Origin: an uncultured delta proteobacterium
GTDB taxonomy: Bacteria; Desulfobacterota; Desulfuromonadia; Geobacterales; Pseudopelobacteraceae
Reading direction: 5' to 3'
Assembly (NCBI GenBank): GCA_963772835.1
Contig: CAVYYZ010000011.1
Span: 224,001-288,000 of the forward strand
Length of the DNA stretch: 64,000 bases
A program made the position numbers and the translations under genes. The notes under the pieces were generated by a model. It saw nothing but the letters and a program-made list of their open reading frames with translations. It was not told the DNA's origin and made no database searches. Below are positions 37,518 to 47,034 of this stretch, one piece after another (positions within the stretch are counted from its first letter, which is position 1; each line of letters starts with the position of its first letter).

Positions 37518-38048
37518 TCAGGATCGTGAAAAATCACGAAGAATGCCTGACTTTTTATCGTGCACTAGCAGCGCATTGAGGAGATACCCGGTAATAAAGC
37601 CGGTCGGTATGCTGGCCAACAGGAGAACCGGGAGGTAGTAGGCAATGGCCGTACTTTGAAGAAGCAGACCTGCGGCCAGAAGTTGGCCGATATTATGAGC
37701 GGCGGCACCAGCCAGACTGATGCCGATCATGCTGAAGCAGCTTGTCCGTTTCAACAACAGAGCCATGAGCATTGTGCTGCAGAGTGCTCCGCTCAGGCCG
37801 AGCAGAAAACCGGGAGAGAGGAACATGCCGTTGATCAGTGATCCCAGCACCACCCTCATCAACGCCACGGTCAATCCGGGCCGGAAGCCGTAAAGAAAGA
37901 GTGTCAGGAGGGTGATGATGTTGGCCAACCCCAGTTTCACACCGGGTATCGGCAATGGGATCGGCAGCATCCCTTCCACCAGATGCAGGGCGGTCCCCAT
38001 GGCAACCAGCAGGGCCAGAAAAACCAGTCGGCGGGTACTTGTTCTCAT
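37518..38048 (-). CDS. ECF S-component-like membrane protein, Gx-transporter/EetB family
   Basis: LHLVEGMLPIPLPIPGVKLGLANII, SLAGAAAHNIGQL. About 6 TM helices. TGATG coupling to the upstream gene. Confidence 0.85.
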   Translation of the reverse strand: MRTSTRRLVFLALLVAMGTALHLVEGMLPIPLPIPGVKLGLANIITLLTLFLYGFRPGLTVALMRVVLGSLINGMFLSPGFLLGLSGALCSTMLMALLLKRTSCFSMIGISLAGAAAHNIGQLLAAGLLLQSTAIAYYLPVLLLASIPTGFITGYLLNALLVHDKKSGILRDFSRS

Positions 38049-38428
38049 CAACGGGTGACGGCGTCCACGGGAGCCGTTCCTTCAATACGGATAACAATTT
38101 CCCCGGGAATACAGATAATTGATTCTCCGGCATGCTCTATCCACCCCTGGTTGACACAGACCCGACCGGGACAAGGCGCCTCCTGCATGCGCAGACGCCA
38201 CCCATCCACCTCCACGACAGAAGGACCGACACGCCCCTGGACAGTAAACGTTACGTGGTTTTCCACCGGCAGAGAAATTTTCCTGACCACTGTACCTTTA
38301 ACTGAAATAACGGCATTTACAGCTTTAGTTGAGCCTGAAAAGGAATAGAAGCGACAGTAGAGCAGCGCCAGTGAAAACAGGGAGATCAGCAGCAATCCCG
38401 CCATTAGAAATTTATCGCCCCTGGTCAT
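38048..38428 (-). CDS. NusG domain II / DUF1312 (EetA-like) membrane-anchored protein
   Basis: MTRGDKFL plus TM helix, EAPCPGRVCVNQGWI...GESIICIPGEIVIRI, VDAVT. Confidence 0.85.
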   Translation of the reverse strand: MTRGDKFLMAGLLLISLFSLALLYCRFYSFSGSTKAVNAVISVKGTVVRKISLPVENHVTFTVQGRVGPSVVEVDGWRLRMQEAPCPGRVCVNQGWIEHAGESIICIPGEIVIRIEGTAPVDAVTR

Positions 38429-39476
38429 AACGATACGCCTCACCCTGCCTGACTTCGATTGTTCCAAGCAGAGATTCTGAGTGACTGATGCGTTTGTCGG
38501 CGGTAACGAGAAACAGTTCCACACCGGGGAGAGTTGCCGCAAGCTTCATAGCTTTATCCGGCGGCATAACAAAGAAAACTGTTGAAAGGATATCGGCCTG
38601 ACCGGCGTCTTTAGCCACCACAGTGGCACTGATGGTATGGGTGGCCGGATAGCCGCTGCGGGGATCGAGAATATGATGATAGCGCCTGCCATTCTGCTCG
38701 AAGGCGCGGTAGTAATCAGCCGAAGTCACCGCCGAACTGTCAATCAGCGACAGGACAGCCACAATGGCGTCGGCTTTGCGCGGATCTTTAATGCCGATTT
38801 TCCAGGGGGCATTTTGGGTATTGCTGCCCAGTACCCTGATATTTCCACCTGCGTCAATCAGCGCCTTGTCAATGCCCTGCTGTGCAAGCAGCTGCAGCGC
38901 CTTTTCGGTGGCATACCCTTTCGCCACCGCCCCCAGGTCCAGTTTCATACCGGCTCTACGGAGAAAAGCGGTACGTTTCTCTTCGTCCAGCAGCAGATCG
39001 TTGCTGTTTACCAGGGGGAGAGCGGCGCGAATCTGCTCCGGTGAAGGAACGTGCGGATTTTTACCGCCAAAGCCCCATAAATCCATCAGAGGCCCGATGG
39101 TGATATCAAATGCACCGTCACTCAGAAGATAATATTTTTTAGCCAGCCGCAGCATCGCCAGAATATCATCATCAATCCGCACCGGCTGTTTTCCGGCTTG
39201 ATCATTAATCCGGCACACATCACTGCTGCGATATGCGGACGTTCCCGGCAGCGGAAAGCCGTCTGCCAGTTCGGCAATGCGGTGCATTTCAGCATAGGCA
39301 GCAGTCACCGCTTTTTTAACCGTAGCCGGATCTTTGCCGTAGGCTTTGATACTGACCAGTGTATCCATCAGGAACTGTTCGCTGCTGTATTCGTAGGATC
39401 GGCGGAAGTACTGCAGCGTTGCGAGCCCGCCGATCAGCAGGAGTGCAACAATCAGGAGGCCGATCTTTCTGGTCAT
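38412..39476 (-). CDS. apbE: FAD:protein FMN transferase
   Basis: FLMDTLV, GAFDITIGPL, LDLGAVAKGYA, DAGGNI, RYHHILDPRSGYP, ADILST. N-terminal TM anchor. ATGA overlap with the rnfB stop. Confidence 0.93.
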   Translation of the reverse strand: MTRKIGLLIVALLLIGGLATLQYFRRSYEYSSEQFLMDTLVSIKAYGKDPATVKKAVTAAYAEMHRIAELADGFPLPGTSAYRSSDVCRINDQAGKQPVRIDDDILAMLRLAKKYYLLSDGAFDITIGPLMDLWGFGGKNPHVPSPEQIRAALPLVNSNDLLLDEEKRTAFLRRAGMKLDLGAVAKGYATEKALQLLAQQGIDKALIDAGGNIRVLGSNTQNAPWKIGIKDPRKADAIVAVLSLIDSSAVTSADYYRAFEQNGRRYHHILDPRSGYPATHTISATVVAKDAGQADILSTVFFVMPPDKAMKLAATLPGVELFLVTADKRISHSESLLGTIEVRQGEAYRYDQGR

Positions 39477-40354
39477 AACGGAGCACATACTCCGCACTGC
39501 GTGCAGCCGGGGGCCGGAGTCTCGCCGACTTCAAGAACCACCTCTTCCGATAGGGGCATTATTTTGTCAATCGACTTGGTGGGGCACTTGGCTGCGCAGA
39601 TGCCGCAGTTGGTACATTTTTCATAATCAATCAGGGCAACGGTACCTTCTCCTGTTGCCACAACATGAACCGCATCTTCAGGACAGTTCTTTTCACAGAT
39701 CTTGCACTTGATGCAGGCGGTAGGACAGTTTGCCTTGGCATCCTTTCCTTTTTCAGTATTGACGCAGCGGACATTAACCAGATGCGAAACACCGACCAGT
39801 TTATATAGTTGCAGAGGGCACTCCACGACACATTTGTTGCAGCCGGTGCAGCGGTAATAGTCGACTACCGGCAGGCCGTTTACCCCCATCTGAATAGCCC
39901 CGAACTGACAGACCCGCGAACATGATCCCTGCATAACGCAGCCGAATTTGCAGGCCTTCGGCCCTTTAAAGTTGGCCAGAGCGGCATGGCAATCACTGAC
40001 CCCTTCATAGCGGTACAACATCCTGGTATGAACCTTGTCGCCCTGGCAGAGCAGTTGAGCAACCTTGCGCTCTTCATAGGCGGATACTTCCGTTCCCATG
40101 ATGGCGGCAATCTTTTCATAGAGAGACGCACCACCGGGAGAACAGGCGCTCGGTTTGACTGCATCAATTACGATAGCTTCGGCAAAAGCGGCGCACCCCG
40201 GCATTCCACAGGCGCCGCAGTTGGCACCCGGCATGACCTTCATCAGTTCTTCCACCCGCGGATCGACCTCCACGGCAAATCTTTTCGCGGCGAAACCAAG
40301 GACAATCCCGAAGATCGCCCCCAGGCACCCCAGAGTAACTACAGCAACCAGCAT
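39473..40354 (-). CDS. rnfB: Rnf complex subunit B (polyferredoxin)
   Basis: FAVEVDPRV...PGANCGACGMPGC and several CxxCxxCxxxCP clusters. Confidence 0.93.
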   Translation of the reverse strand: MLVAVVTLGCLGAIFGIVLGFAAKRFAVEVDPRVEELMKVMPGANCGACGMPGCAAFAEAIVIDAVKPSACSPGGASLYEKIAAIMGTEVSAYEERKVAQLLCQGDKVHTRMLYRYEGVSDCHAALANFKGPKACKFGCVMQGSCSRVCQFGAIQMGVNGLPVVDYYRCTGCNKCVVECPLQLYKLVGVSHLVNVRCVNTEKGKDAKANCPTACIKCKICEKNCPEDAVHVVATGEGTVALIDYEKCTNCGICAAKCPTKSIDKIMPLSEEVVLEVGETPAPGCTQCGVCAPL

Positions 40355-40375
40355 TGTACTACCTCCATGAATCTC

Positions 40376-40951
40376 CTAAATCAGTCCTGAAAAACCGAGG
40401 AACGCCATTGACATCAAAGCCGCTACTACCAGCGCAATCGGTGTCCCCTGCATGCTTTCCGGAATATCGGCATCTTCCAGACGCTCCCTGATCCCCGACA
40501 TGAGTACCAGCGCCAGGGTAAAGCCGGCTGCATGACTGAGGCTGTGCACCATGACTTTGCCAAAGGTATATTCCTTCTGGATGTTGATGATCGCAACCCC
40601 CAGAACCGCACAGTTGGTCGTGATCAGCGGCAGATAGATACCGAGCGCCTTGTAAAGCGGCGGGCTGTATTTTTTCATGGCCATCTCGACAAACTGCACC
40701 AGAGCGGCGATGATCAGGATGAATGCTATCGTCTGCAGATAGCCGATCTTGAACGGGTTGAGGATGTAGGTCTGCACAGTCCAGGTCAGCGCTCCGGCCA
40801 GCACCAGCACGAAGGAAACTGCGCCACCCATTCCGAGTGAAGCACTCAGTTTTTTGGATACCCCCAGAAAGGGGCAGATTCCGAGAAACTGGGAGAGCAC
40901 AATATTGTTGATCAGCACGGCGCTGATTATGATGATGAAATATTCCTGCAT
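40376..40951 (-). CDS. rnfA: Rnf complex subunit A
   Basis: NNIVLSQFLGICPFLGVSKK, GIYLPLITTNCAVLG, IRERLE. Confidence 0.95.
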   Translation of the reverse strand: MQEYFIIIISAVLINNIVLSQFLGICPFLGVSKKLSASLGMGGAVSFVLVLAGALTWTVQTYILNPFKIGYLQTIAFILIIAALVQFVEMAMKKYSPPLYKALGIYLPLITTNCAVLGVAIINIQKEYTFGKVMVHSLSHAAGFTLALVLMSGIRERLEDADIPESMQGTPIALVVAALMSMAFLGFSGLI

Positions 40952-40969
40952 AGCTTAGTCCTTCCTTTC

Positions 40970-41560
40970 CTAGGTTGTCTTTTTCTGGAGTTTATTCATG
41001 AGGCCGAGCAGACAGCCGAGCGTTATGAAGCCGCCGGGAGGCAGGATCATCAGGATGGCCGGCGCACTTTCCGGCAGAACCGGAATTCCCAGAAATGTAC
41101 CGGCTCCGAGCACCTCCCTGAAAGTACTTACCAGTACCAGCGCCAGGGTGAAGCCGATCCCCATGCCGATAGCATCGACAACAGAAGGAATGACCGGATT
41201 TCTATTGGCGAATGCTTCCGCCCGCCCAAGAATAATACAGTTGACCACGATCAGCGGAATAAAAATCCCCAGAGCCGTATACAGTGCCGGGGTAAAGGCG
41301 TGCATCAGTTGGTCGGTCATGGTAACGAACGAGGCGATGATAACCACATACACCGGTATCCTGACGTTATCCGGAATGATCTTGCGCATGAGAGAAATAG
41401 CAACATTGGACGCAATCAGGACTGCGGTAAATGCGGCTCCCATGCCGAGCCCGTTTTCCACAGAAGTGGTTATGGCAAGAGAGGGGCAGCACCCCAGCAT
41501 CAGCCGAAACAGAGGGTTCTCCTTGATTATCCCTTTGGTAAATTCATTCATCAAGCTCAT
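40970..41560 (-). CDS. rnfE: Rnf complex subunit E
   Basis: KENPLFRLMLGCCPSLA, VRIPVY, FIPLIVVNCIILGRAEAFA, LPPGGF. GGAGG RBS before ATG 41560. Confidence 0.95.
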   Translation of the reverse strand: MSLMNEFTKGIIKENPLFRLMLGCCPSLAITTSVENGLGMGAAFTAVLIASNVAISLMRKIIPDNVRIPVYVVIIASFVTMTDQLMHAFTPALYTALGIFIPLIVVNCIILGRAEAFANRNPVIPSVVDAIGMGIGFTLALVLVSTFREVLGAGTFLGIPVLPESAPAILMILPPGGFITLGCLLGLMNKLQKKTT

Positions 41561-41585
41561 CGCGCAGACCTCCACGGCATGGTTA

Positions 41586-42173
41586 TCATGGCTGTTTCCC
41601 CTTGGTAAAGTTAGCGGCAAAATGCTCTCTGGCGGCGTTGACACCTTTGGTGACTGCTTTCGATGTTATGGTGGAGGCCGTTATCGCCTGGATCTGGTTC
41701 TCTTTGAGCGGCACCGTTTTAGTTACCTCCAGAGGAACGTCACTGTTTTTGTTCTTGTAGCGATCCTGAAAAGCACTCTCCTTGGCCTTGGCGCCGAGTC
41801 CCGGCGTTTCCCGCTGATTCAGGACCTTGATGGCGGTGAGCTTGGTCGTGGCGATATCAAACCCTATCAGGGTGCTGATCAGGCCACTGTACCCCTTCGT
41901 TTCAACGGCATAGATAACACCAGCAGGAGCACCATTGCGGTAGGCGATGTTCACCTCTTTCAGCGCCGGATCATAGGGGGCTTTCAGCCAGGCTGCCGAC
42001 TCGTTCTCCACCTTGTCTGCCTGTGGATAGACCTCCTTGAAGCTGTCAATCTTGTTCTGGAGAATCTGTTTTTCAATCAGCGGACCGGTCAGGTCGTTGA
42101 CATAGCTGAGACCGGCGCCGGAGATTCCGGCGATGACCAGGAGGAATAACGACAGTTTAACTATATCACGCAT
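41586..42173 (-). CDS. rnfG: Rnf complex subunit G (FMN-binding)
   Basis: TM anchor, KGYSG, ETPGLG, IQAITASTITSKAV flavinylation region. Confidence 0.92.
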   Translation of the reverse strand: MRDIVKLSLFLLVIAGISGAGLSYVNDLTGPLIEKQILQNKIDSFKEVYPQADKVENESAAWLKAPYDPALKEVNIAYRNGAPAGVIYAVETKGYSGLISTLIGFDIATTKLTAIKVLNQRETPGLGAKAKESAFQDRYKNKNSDVPLEVTKTVPLKENQIQAITASTITSKAVTKGVNAAREHFAANFTKGKQP

Positions 42174-43122
42174 GGCTTTTCACCCTCCCGAAAACCCGCG
42201 CCCTGGTGTAGCGGTCGATCAGCGGCGTGACAAGATTCATTAACAGGATCGAATAGGCCACCCCTTCCGGGTAACCCCCTTTGAGGCGGATCAGCACCAC
42301 CAGGGATCCACAGCCGACCCCGAAAATAAGTCTCCCCAGCTTAGTCACCGGAGTGGTAACCCAGTCAGTGGCCATGAAAAAAGCTCCCAGCAATAAACCG
42401 CCGGCACAGAGATGAAAGAACGGATACCAGAGCCCCGCTCCTTTGATCGCTCCGGCAATCGACATCAGAATAAAAACAGTGCCGAGAAAACTCCCCGGGA
42501 TACGCCAGTCGATATGCCCACGGTAAAGCAGATAAACCCCCCCGAGCAGAAGTGCCAGGGCGCTGGTTTCTCCGATACTGCCGCTGACATTCCCCAGAAA
42601 GAGTTCACCAATGGAGGGGAGCGCCTGCCCGGCAGCCTCCTTCATAATACCCAGAGGTGTAGCTGTGCTCATCCCGTCCAGCGGTCTGCTCCAGCTGGTC
42701 ATGGCGACCGGAAAGGAGGCCAGCAGAAAGGCTCTGCCGATCAGGGCCGGGTTGAAGATATTCTGCCCCAGTCCACCAAAGAGATGCTTCGCTATCACGA
42801 TCGAGAAAACCGAGCCGAGCACCGCCATCCAGAGCGGCAGATGCGGCGGGATACAGAAGGCCAGCAGAAGGCCGGTGATAATGGCGCTGACTTCGCCGGT
42901 CAGCGGTTTTTTCATGACTCTCAGACAGACAATTTCGGCGGCGTAGGCGCTGGCCACACAGACCACAATGACTGACAGCGCCGAAAGGCGGAAAAAATAG
43001 AGACCGACAAGCAGAGCCGGAACAAGGGCTATCAGCACATCGCGCATGGCATTGGGCACACTGTCCAGGCTGTGCACATGCGGCGATGAGGTGACAACAA
43101 GAAGATCATTGCTGGTGGTCAT
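42166..43122 (-). CDS. rnfD: Rnf complex subunit D
   Basis: TSSPH, KHLFGGLGQNIFNPALIGR, DGMSTATPL, GSIGETS, FFMATD, GYPEG. Confidence 0.95.
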   Translation of the reverse strand: MTTSNDLLVVTSSPHVHSLDSVPNAMRDVLIALVPALLVGLYFFRLSALSVIVVCVASAYAAEIVCLRVMKKPLTGEVSAIITGLLLAFCIPPHLPLWMAVLGSVFSIVIAKHLFGGLGQNIFNPALIGRAFLLASFPVAMTSWSRPLDGMSTATPLGIMKEAAGQALPSIGELFLGNVSGSIGETSALALLLGGVYLLYRGHIDWRIPGSFLGTVFILMSIAGAIKGAGLWYPFFHLCAGGLLLGAFFMATDWVTTPVTKLGRLIFGVGCGSLVVLIRLKGGYPEGVAYSILLMNLVTPLIDRYTRARVFGRVKSHA

Positions 43123-43142
43123 TGTGGACGAATCCTCCGTAA

Positions 43143-44471
43143 TTAACCCTGGGGTCTGGCTTTTGCGGCCAGTATGGCCTGTTTTGCCCTGCGGATGTGC
43201 TGAATCAACGGTATCCGCGCCGGACAGACATAGACACAGGAGCTGCATTCAATGCAACTCATGACATCAGCCTGCTCCGCTTCTTCCCAGGCCTTGCGCT
43301 TTGCCAGCCGGACCAGCGAGGTTGGTTCAAGAAAGGCGGGGCAGACATTGATACATTTGGCGCAGCGGACACAGGCGAACTCTTTGCAACTGTGGTTCTC
43401 CGCCTTAGTGAAAACAATGATGCCGGACGTCCCCTTGACTACCGGAAGGTTGTCGGAAAAGACAGTCTTGCCCATCATCGGTCCGCCGGCGATAATCTTT
43501 TCTACTTCGCCGGCATACCCGCCGCTCTGCTTGATCAATTCACTGAAAAGCGTACCGATTCTGACCCGGTAGTTGGCGGGATTGCGAATGCCGGGACCAC
43601 TCACGGTTACGTTACGCCCTATAAACGGTATTCCCAGCTCAACTGCACGGGACAGGGCAGAAGCAGTGCCGACGTTATTGACAATAACCCCCACTGCCAG
43701 CGGCAGCCCCCCGATCGGTACCTCTCTGCCGGTACAGGCATAAATCAGCTGTTTTTCCGAGCCCTGCGGGTATTTCTCCTTGAGTACGACAATGGAAATA
43801 TTCTCTGACTCAGCGGCAGCCTTCTCCATCGCCGCCACGGCATCCATTTTATTTTCTTCAATTGCTATGATGCCTCGATCACAGCCGACACTACGCATGA
43901 TGTAACCGAGACCGGCGACTATACTTTCAGACCGCTCCAGCATCAGGCGATGATCGGTGGTCAGATACGGCTCGCACTCCACGCCGTTGAGAATCACCGT
44001 ATCAACTATCCTCCCTTCCACCGGGGCATACTTCACATGGGACGGGAAGGTAGCCCCCCCTTTGCCGACGATGCCGGCTTCCAGAATAATGGCCCGCAGC
44101 TCATCCGGAGTCAGGCTCGACGGGTCACTGCGGGGTATAACAGATTCGGCCCATTCCTCTTTCCGGTCATTTTCAATAACGATACAGGGGACAAAACTGC
44201 CGCCTGGGTGTTCCATCAACTCGATGGCAACGACCGTTCCGCTGACGCTGGCATGAATGGGGGCTGAAACAAACCCTTTACCCACACCGATTTTCTGCCC
44301 CTTCTTGACCTGATCGCCAACGACGACCAGCGGCACACAAGGCGCGCCGATATGCTGGGAAAGAGGAATGTAGACCCGGTCCGGAATATGCGCCACAACA
44401 GTTTCCAGGCCGCTGGTCAACTCCTTGTGTCCGTCCAGGTGAATTCCCCCCCTGAAGCTTGCTTTTTTCAT
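43143..44471 (-). CDS. rnfC: Rnf complex subunit C
   Basis: FRGGIH, QHIGAP, GIVGKGGATFP, NGVECEPYLT, KYPQGSEK, GGPMMG, two 4Fe-4S motifs. AGGAG RBS before ATG 44471. Confidence 0.95.
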   Translation of the reverse strand: MKKASFRGGIHLDGHKELTSGLETVVAHIPDRVYIPLSQHIGAPCVPLVVVGDQVKKGQKIGVGKGFVSAPIHASVSGTVVAIELMEHPGGSFVPCIVIENDRKEEWAESVIPRSDPSSLTPDELRAIILEAGIVGKGGATFPSHVKYAPVEGRIVDTVILNGVECEPYLTTDHRLMLERSESIVAGLGYIMRSVGCDRGIIAIEENKMDAVAAMEKAAAESENISIVVLKEKYPQGSEKQLIYACTGREVPIGGLPLAVGVIVNNVGTASALSRAVELGIPFIGRNVTVSGPGIRNPANYRVRIGTLFSELIKQSGGYAGEVEKIIAGGPMMGKTVFSDNLPVVKGTSGIIVFTKAENHSCKEFACVRCAKCINVCPAFLEPTSLVRLAKRKAWEEAEQADVMSCIECSSCVYVCPARIPLIQHIRRAKQAILAAKARPQG

Positions 44472-44496
44472 ATTAATAGTTCTCCTGAAATATTTT

Positions 44497-45303
44497 CTAA
44501 AACGGGCGGTATTCAATCAGCAGCAGCAACGTCAAAACAACCAGTGCTCCCACGGCACCGGCAAGGTCCGCTCCGGAAAACTCCAGTGGCCTCATTCGCT
44601 GTCTGCCGATGCCCCCTCTGTAGCATCTAGCTTCCATGGCAGTTGCAAGAGCGTCCCCTCTTTTGATGACACCGGCAAACAGAGGCACAATCAGCGGCAA
44701 ATAGTTTGTGGCTCTTTGCCGCAGGCTGCCGGCATGGAATGTGGCGAAACGCGACGATTGGGCCTTGATCAATTTTTCAGCCTCTTCAGCTATTACCGGC
44801 AGGAATCGCATGGCGATCGACATCATCATGGCGATCTCATGCACCGGGATCCCGATGCGGTTCAGCGGCTTGATCAGTTTTTCCAGTCCGTCCGTCATGG
44901 CCAGTGGAGAAGTACTGAAGGTAAGCAGCGATGTGCCGCTCACGAGCAGGATCAATCGCAAAAAAATCCTGACAGAAAGGGCGACACCATCCCGTGAAAT
45001 ATGCCGGAGAACCCCTGATTCTGACATCGGGGCTCCTCCCATGGAAAAAGCGTTTATAGATACGGAAATAAGTGCAAACCAGAGAATCGGTCGGAGTCCC
45101 CTCAGGGACTGACTCCACGGTTTTCCCGCTTTGTGTGAAACTGTAAGTGTGATCAACAGGAGAGTCAGCTGAGTCAGAAAACTCTGTGATAGAAACACAG
45201 CCACCATAAAAAGGACTGTCAGGATAATTTTAGTCCTGGGGTCAAGCCGGTGGGCAAAAGAAATTCCATGGTTATACCTGCACGTGGAGATCGCTTTCAG
45301 CAT
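44497..45303 (-). CDS. ecfT: ECF transporter transmembrane component T
   Basis: HRLDPRTK, MMMSIAMRFLP, AMEARCY coupling motif. Confidence 0.9.
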   Translation of the reverse strand: MLKAISTCRYNHGISFAHRLDPRTKIILTVLFMVAVFLSQSFLTQLTLLLITLTVSHKAGKPWSQSLRGLRPILWFALISVSINAFSMGGAPMSESGVLRHISRDGVALSVRIFLRLILLVSGTSLLTFSTSPLAMTDGLEKLIKPLNRIGIPVHEIAMMMSIAMRFLPVIAEEAEKLIKAQSSRFATFHAGSLRQRATNYLPLIVPLFAGVIKRGDALATAMEARCYRGGIGRQRMRPLEFSGADLAGAVGALVVLTLLLLIEYRPF

Positions 45304-46163
45304 ATCCGGTCTTTTTCTTTGTTTATCCGCCAAATTCTCATCAACTCGTTGCGGGCTTCATCAATCGTCAACTGGCACCCTTGAATTTCCGGCAAAGACT
45401 CTTTCAGTCTGCTCATGAAAGTGGTGATCGGAGGAGCAGTCATTCCGGAACGCTCAAAAACGGCCAGGTCACGGAGAACTTCCCTTGTTGTACCTTCCAT
45501 TTCAACTGCGCCCTGTTTCAAGATGACTACTCTGTCAGTAAGTCGAACGATGTCGTCCATACTGTGTGAGACAAGAATGATCGTAACGCCGAATTGCCTG
45601 TGCAGTCTGCCGATAAAATCAAATATTTCCCGGCGCCCCTGAGGGTCAAGTCCTGCTGCAGGTTCATCAAGTACGAGGACCGGAGGACGCATGACAATGA
45701 TTCCGGCAATTGCCACCCTTCTTTTCTGCCCGCCAGACAGTTTGAAGGGGGATTTGTCGAGAAGATCCTCCCCAAGTCCAATTTCGTTCACTGTTTCTCG
45801 AACCCGCATCGTGATTTCAGCGCTGCTGATACCGGTGTTTGACAATCCGAAGGCGATATCCTGAAAAACAGTCTCGCCGAATAACTGCTGTTCAGGATAC
45901 TGAAATACAATTCCCACCTGTTTTCTCAACTCGGTAAGATTCCCGGCGGCTGCATTCATCCCGTTAACTGTTACCCTGCCTGTAGTTGGTTTCAGGAGGC
46001 CGTTGAGATGCTGGACCAGTGTGCTCTTTCCTGATGCCGTATGTCCCGCAATTCCGATACACATACCTGTTTCTATATCAAGGGAAATGTTGCGGAGGGC
46101 GGACTTCTCTGATGGAGTTCCAGGCTGGTAAATGTGTGTAAGATTTTCAATGCTGATAGACAT
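45297..46163 (-). CDS. ecfA2: ECF transporter ATPase A' (EcfA2)
   Basis: HIYQPGTP, GHTASGKS, VFQYPEQQLF, SPFKLSGGQKRR, LDEPAAGLDP. Confidence 0.9.
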   Translation of the reverse strand: MSISIENLTHIYQPGTPSEKSALRNISLDIETGMCIGIAGHTASGKSTLVQHLNGLLKPTTGRVTVNGMNAAAGNLTELRKQVGIVFQYPEQQLFGETVFQDIAFGLSNTGISSAEITMRVRETVNEIGLGEDLLDKSPFKLSGGQKRRVAIAGIIVMRPPVLVLDEPAAGLDPQGRREIFDFIGRLHRQFGVTIILVSHSMDDIVRLTDRVVILKQGAVEMEGTTREVLRDLAVFERSGMTAPPITTFMSRLKESLPEIQGCQLTIDEARNELMRIWRINKEKDRIC

Positions 46164-47034
46164 GCTGCTCTCTGCCGCGACCTAGTACGTTAACCAGCAT
46201 TTCCAACGCTTCATCAATTGTGAAAGCATCTTTTGGAAGTTCAAAACCTTCCTGTCTCAATTGGTAAAACAACTCTGCGATCTGAGGCAGTTCAAGACCT
46301 GCCTCAAGAATAACAGCTCGTTGTGAAAAAACTTCATCCGGCGTGCCATTCAGAACAATCTTTCCGGCATCCAGTACAATAATTCTGTCCGCAAGCCTAG
46401 CTTCCTCCATATCGTGGGTGCTGTGGAGAACTGTGATGCCCTTTTTTTTATTGAAACTCCTCACCAGTCCGAGGATCTCTTTTCTGCCGGTCGGGTCGAG
46501 CAGCGCGGTAGCTTCATCAAGGATAATGCACTCGGGTTGCATGGCGAGAAGGCCGGCCAATGATACTCTCTGTTTTTCTCCGCCGGAAAGGAGATGGGGA
46601 GCCGTATGAGAATGGTGCACCAGGGAAACTGAAAACAGTGCTTCCTGAACTCTGTTGCGGATTTCTTCCGGAGGAAGCCCAATGTTTTCAGGACCAAAAG
46701 CCACATCCTCCTCAACAGTTGTTCCGATAATCTGGCTGTCGGTGTCCTGAAAAACCATCCCCATCAATCTTCTTATATTCCATATCTGTTCATTATTGCA
46801 GGTGTCAATCCCGCAAATCCGAACGACGCCTTCTGTTGGCAGCAGCAGGCCGTTAAGCAGTCTTGCAAAGGTAGTTTTGCCCGAACCGTTTCTTCCGATA
46901 ACGGCGACATATTCGCCTTTTTTGATGTTCAGGCAGACGCCGTCAAGGGCCTTCACGTCGCTTTGCTTTTTGCCAGTACATGTATACGAGAACGCCACAG
47001 CATATGTTTCAATACTATAATTGAGAGGAGCCAC
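46147..47034 (-). CDS. ecfA1: ECF transporter ATPase A (EcfA1)
   Basis: GRNGSGKT, VEEDVAFGPEN, LSGGEKQR, LDEATALLDP. Confidence 0.9.
   Translation of the reverse strand: MAPLNYSIETYAVAFSYTCTGKKQSDVKALDGVCLNIKKGEYVAVIGRNGSGKTTFARLLNGLLLPTEGVVRICGIDTCNNEQIWNIRRLMGMVFQDTDSQIIGTTVEEDVAFGPENIGLPPEEIRNRVQEALFSVSLVHHSHTAPHLLSGGEKQRVSLAGLLAMQPECIILDEATALLDPTGRKEILGLVRSFNKKKGITVLHSTHDMEEARLADRIIVLDAGKIVLNGTPDEVFSQRAVILEAGLELPQIAELFYQLRQEGFELPKDAFTIDEALEMLVNVLGRGREQHVYQH

Noticed and set aside
37518..38428. Literal annotations 'heptaprenyl diphosphate synthase component I' and 'NusG'
   Set aside because: The first is a fully hydrophobic protein with no DDxxD motif. The second is a membrane-anchored domain II only, with no NGN or KOW domain. 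The EetB/EetA-like reading fits the context better.
40998..42149. 383-aa plus-strand ORF
   Set aside because: Antisense shadow of rnfE/rnfG with no recognisable motifs.
35815..44471. Electron-confurcating LDH/Etf system of acetogens (GlcD-like + Rnf)
   Set aside because: No etfA/etfB in the window. GlcD is paired with a CCG-domain GlcF, which points to a membrane/quinone-linked enzyme.
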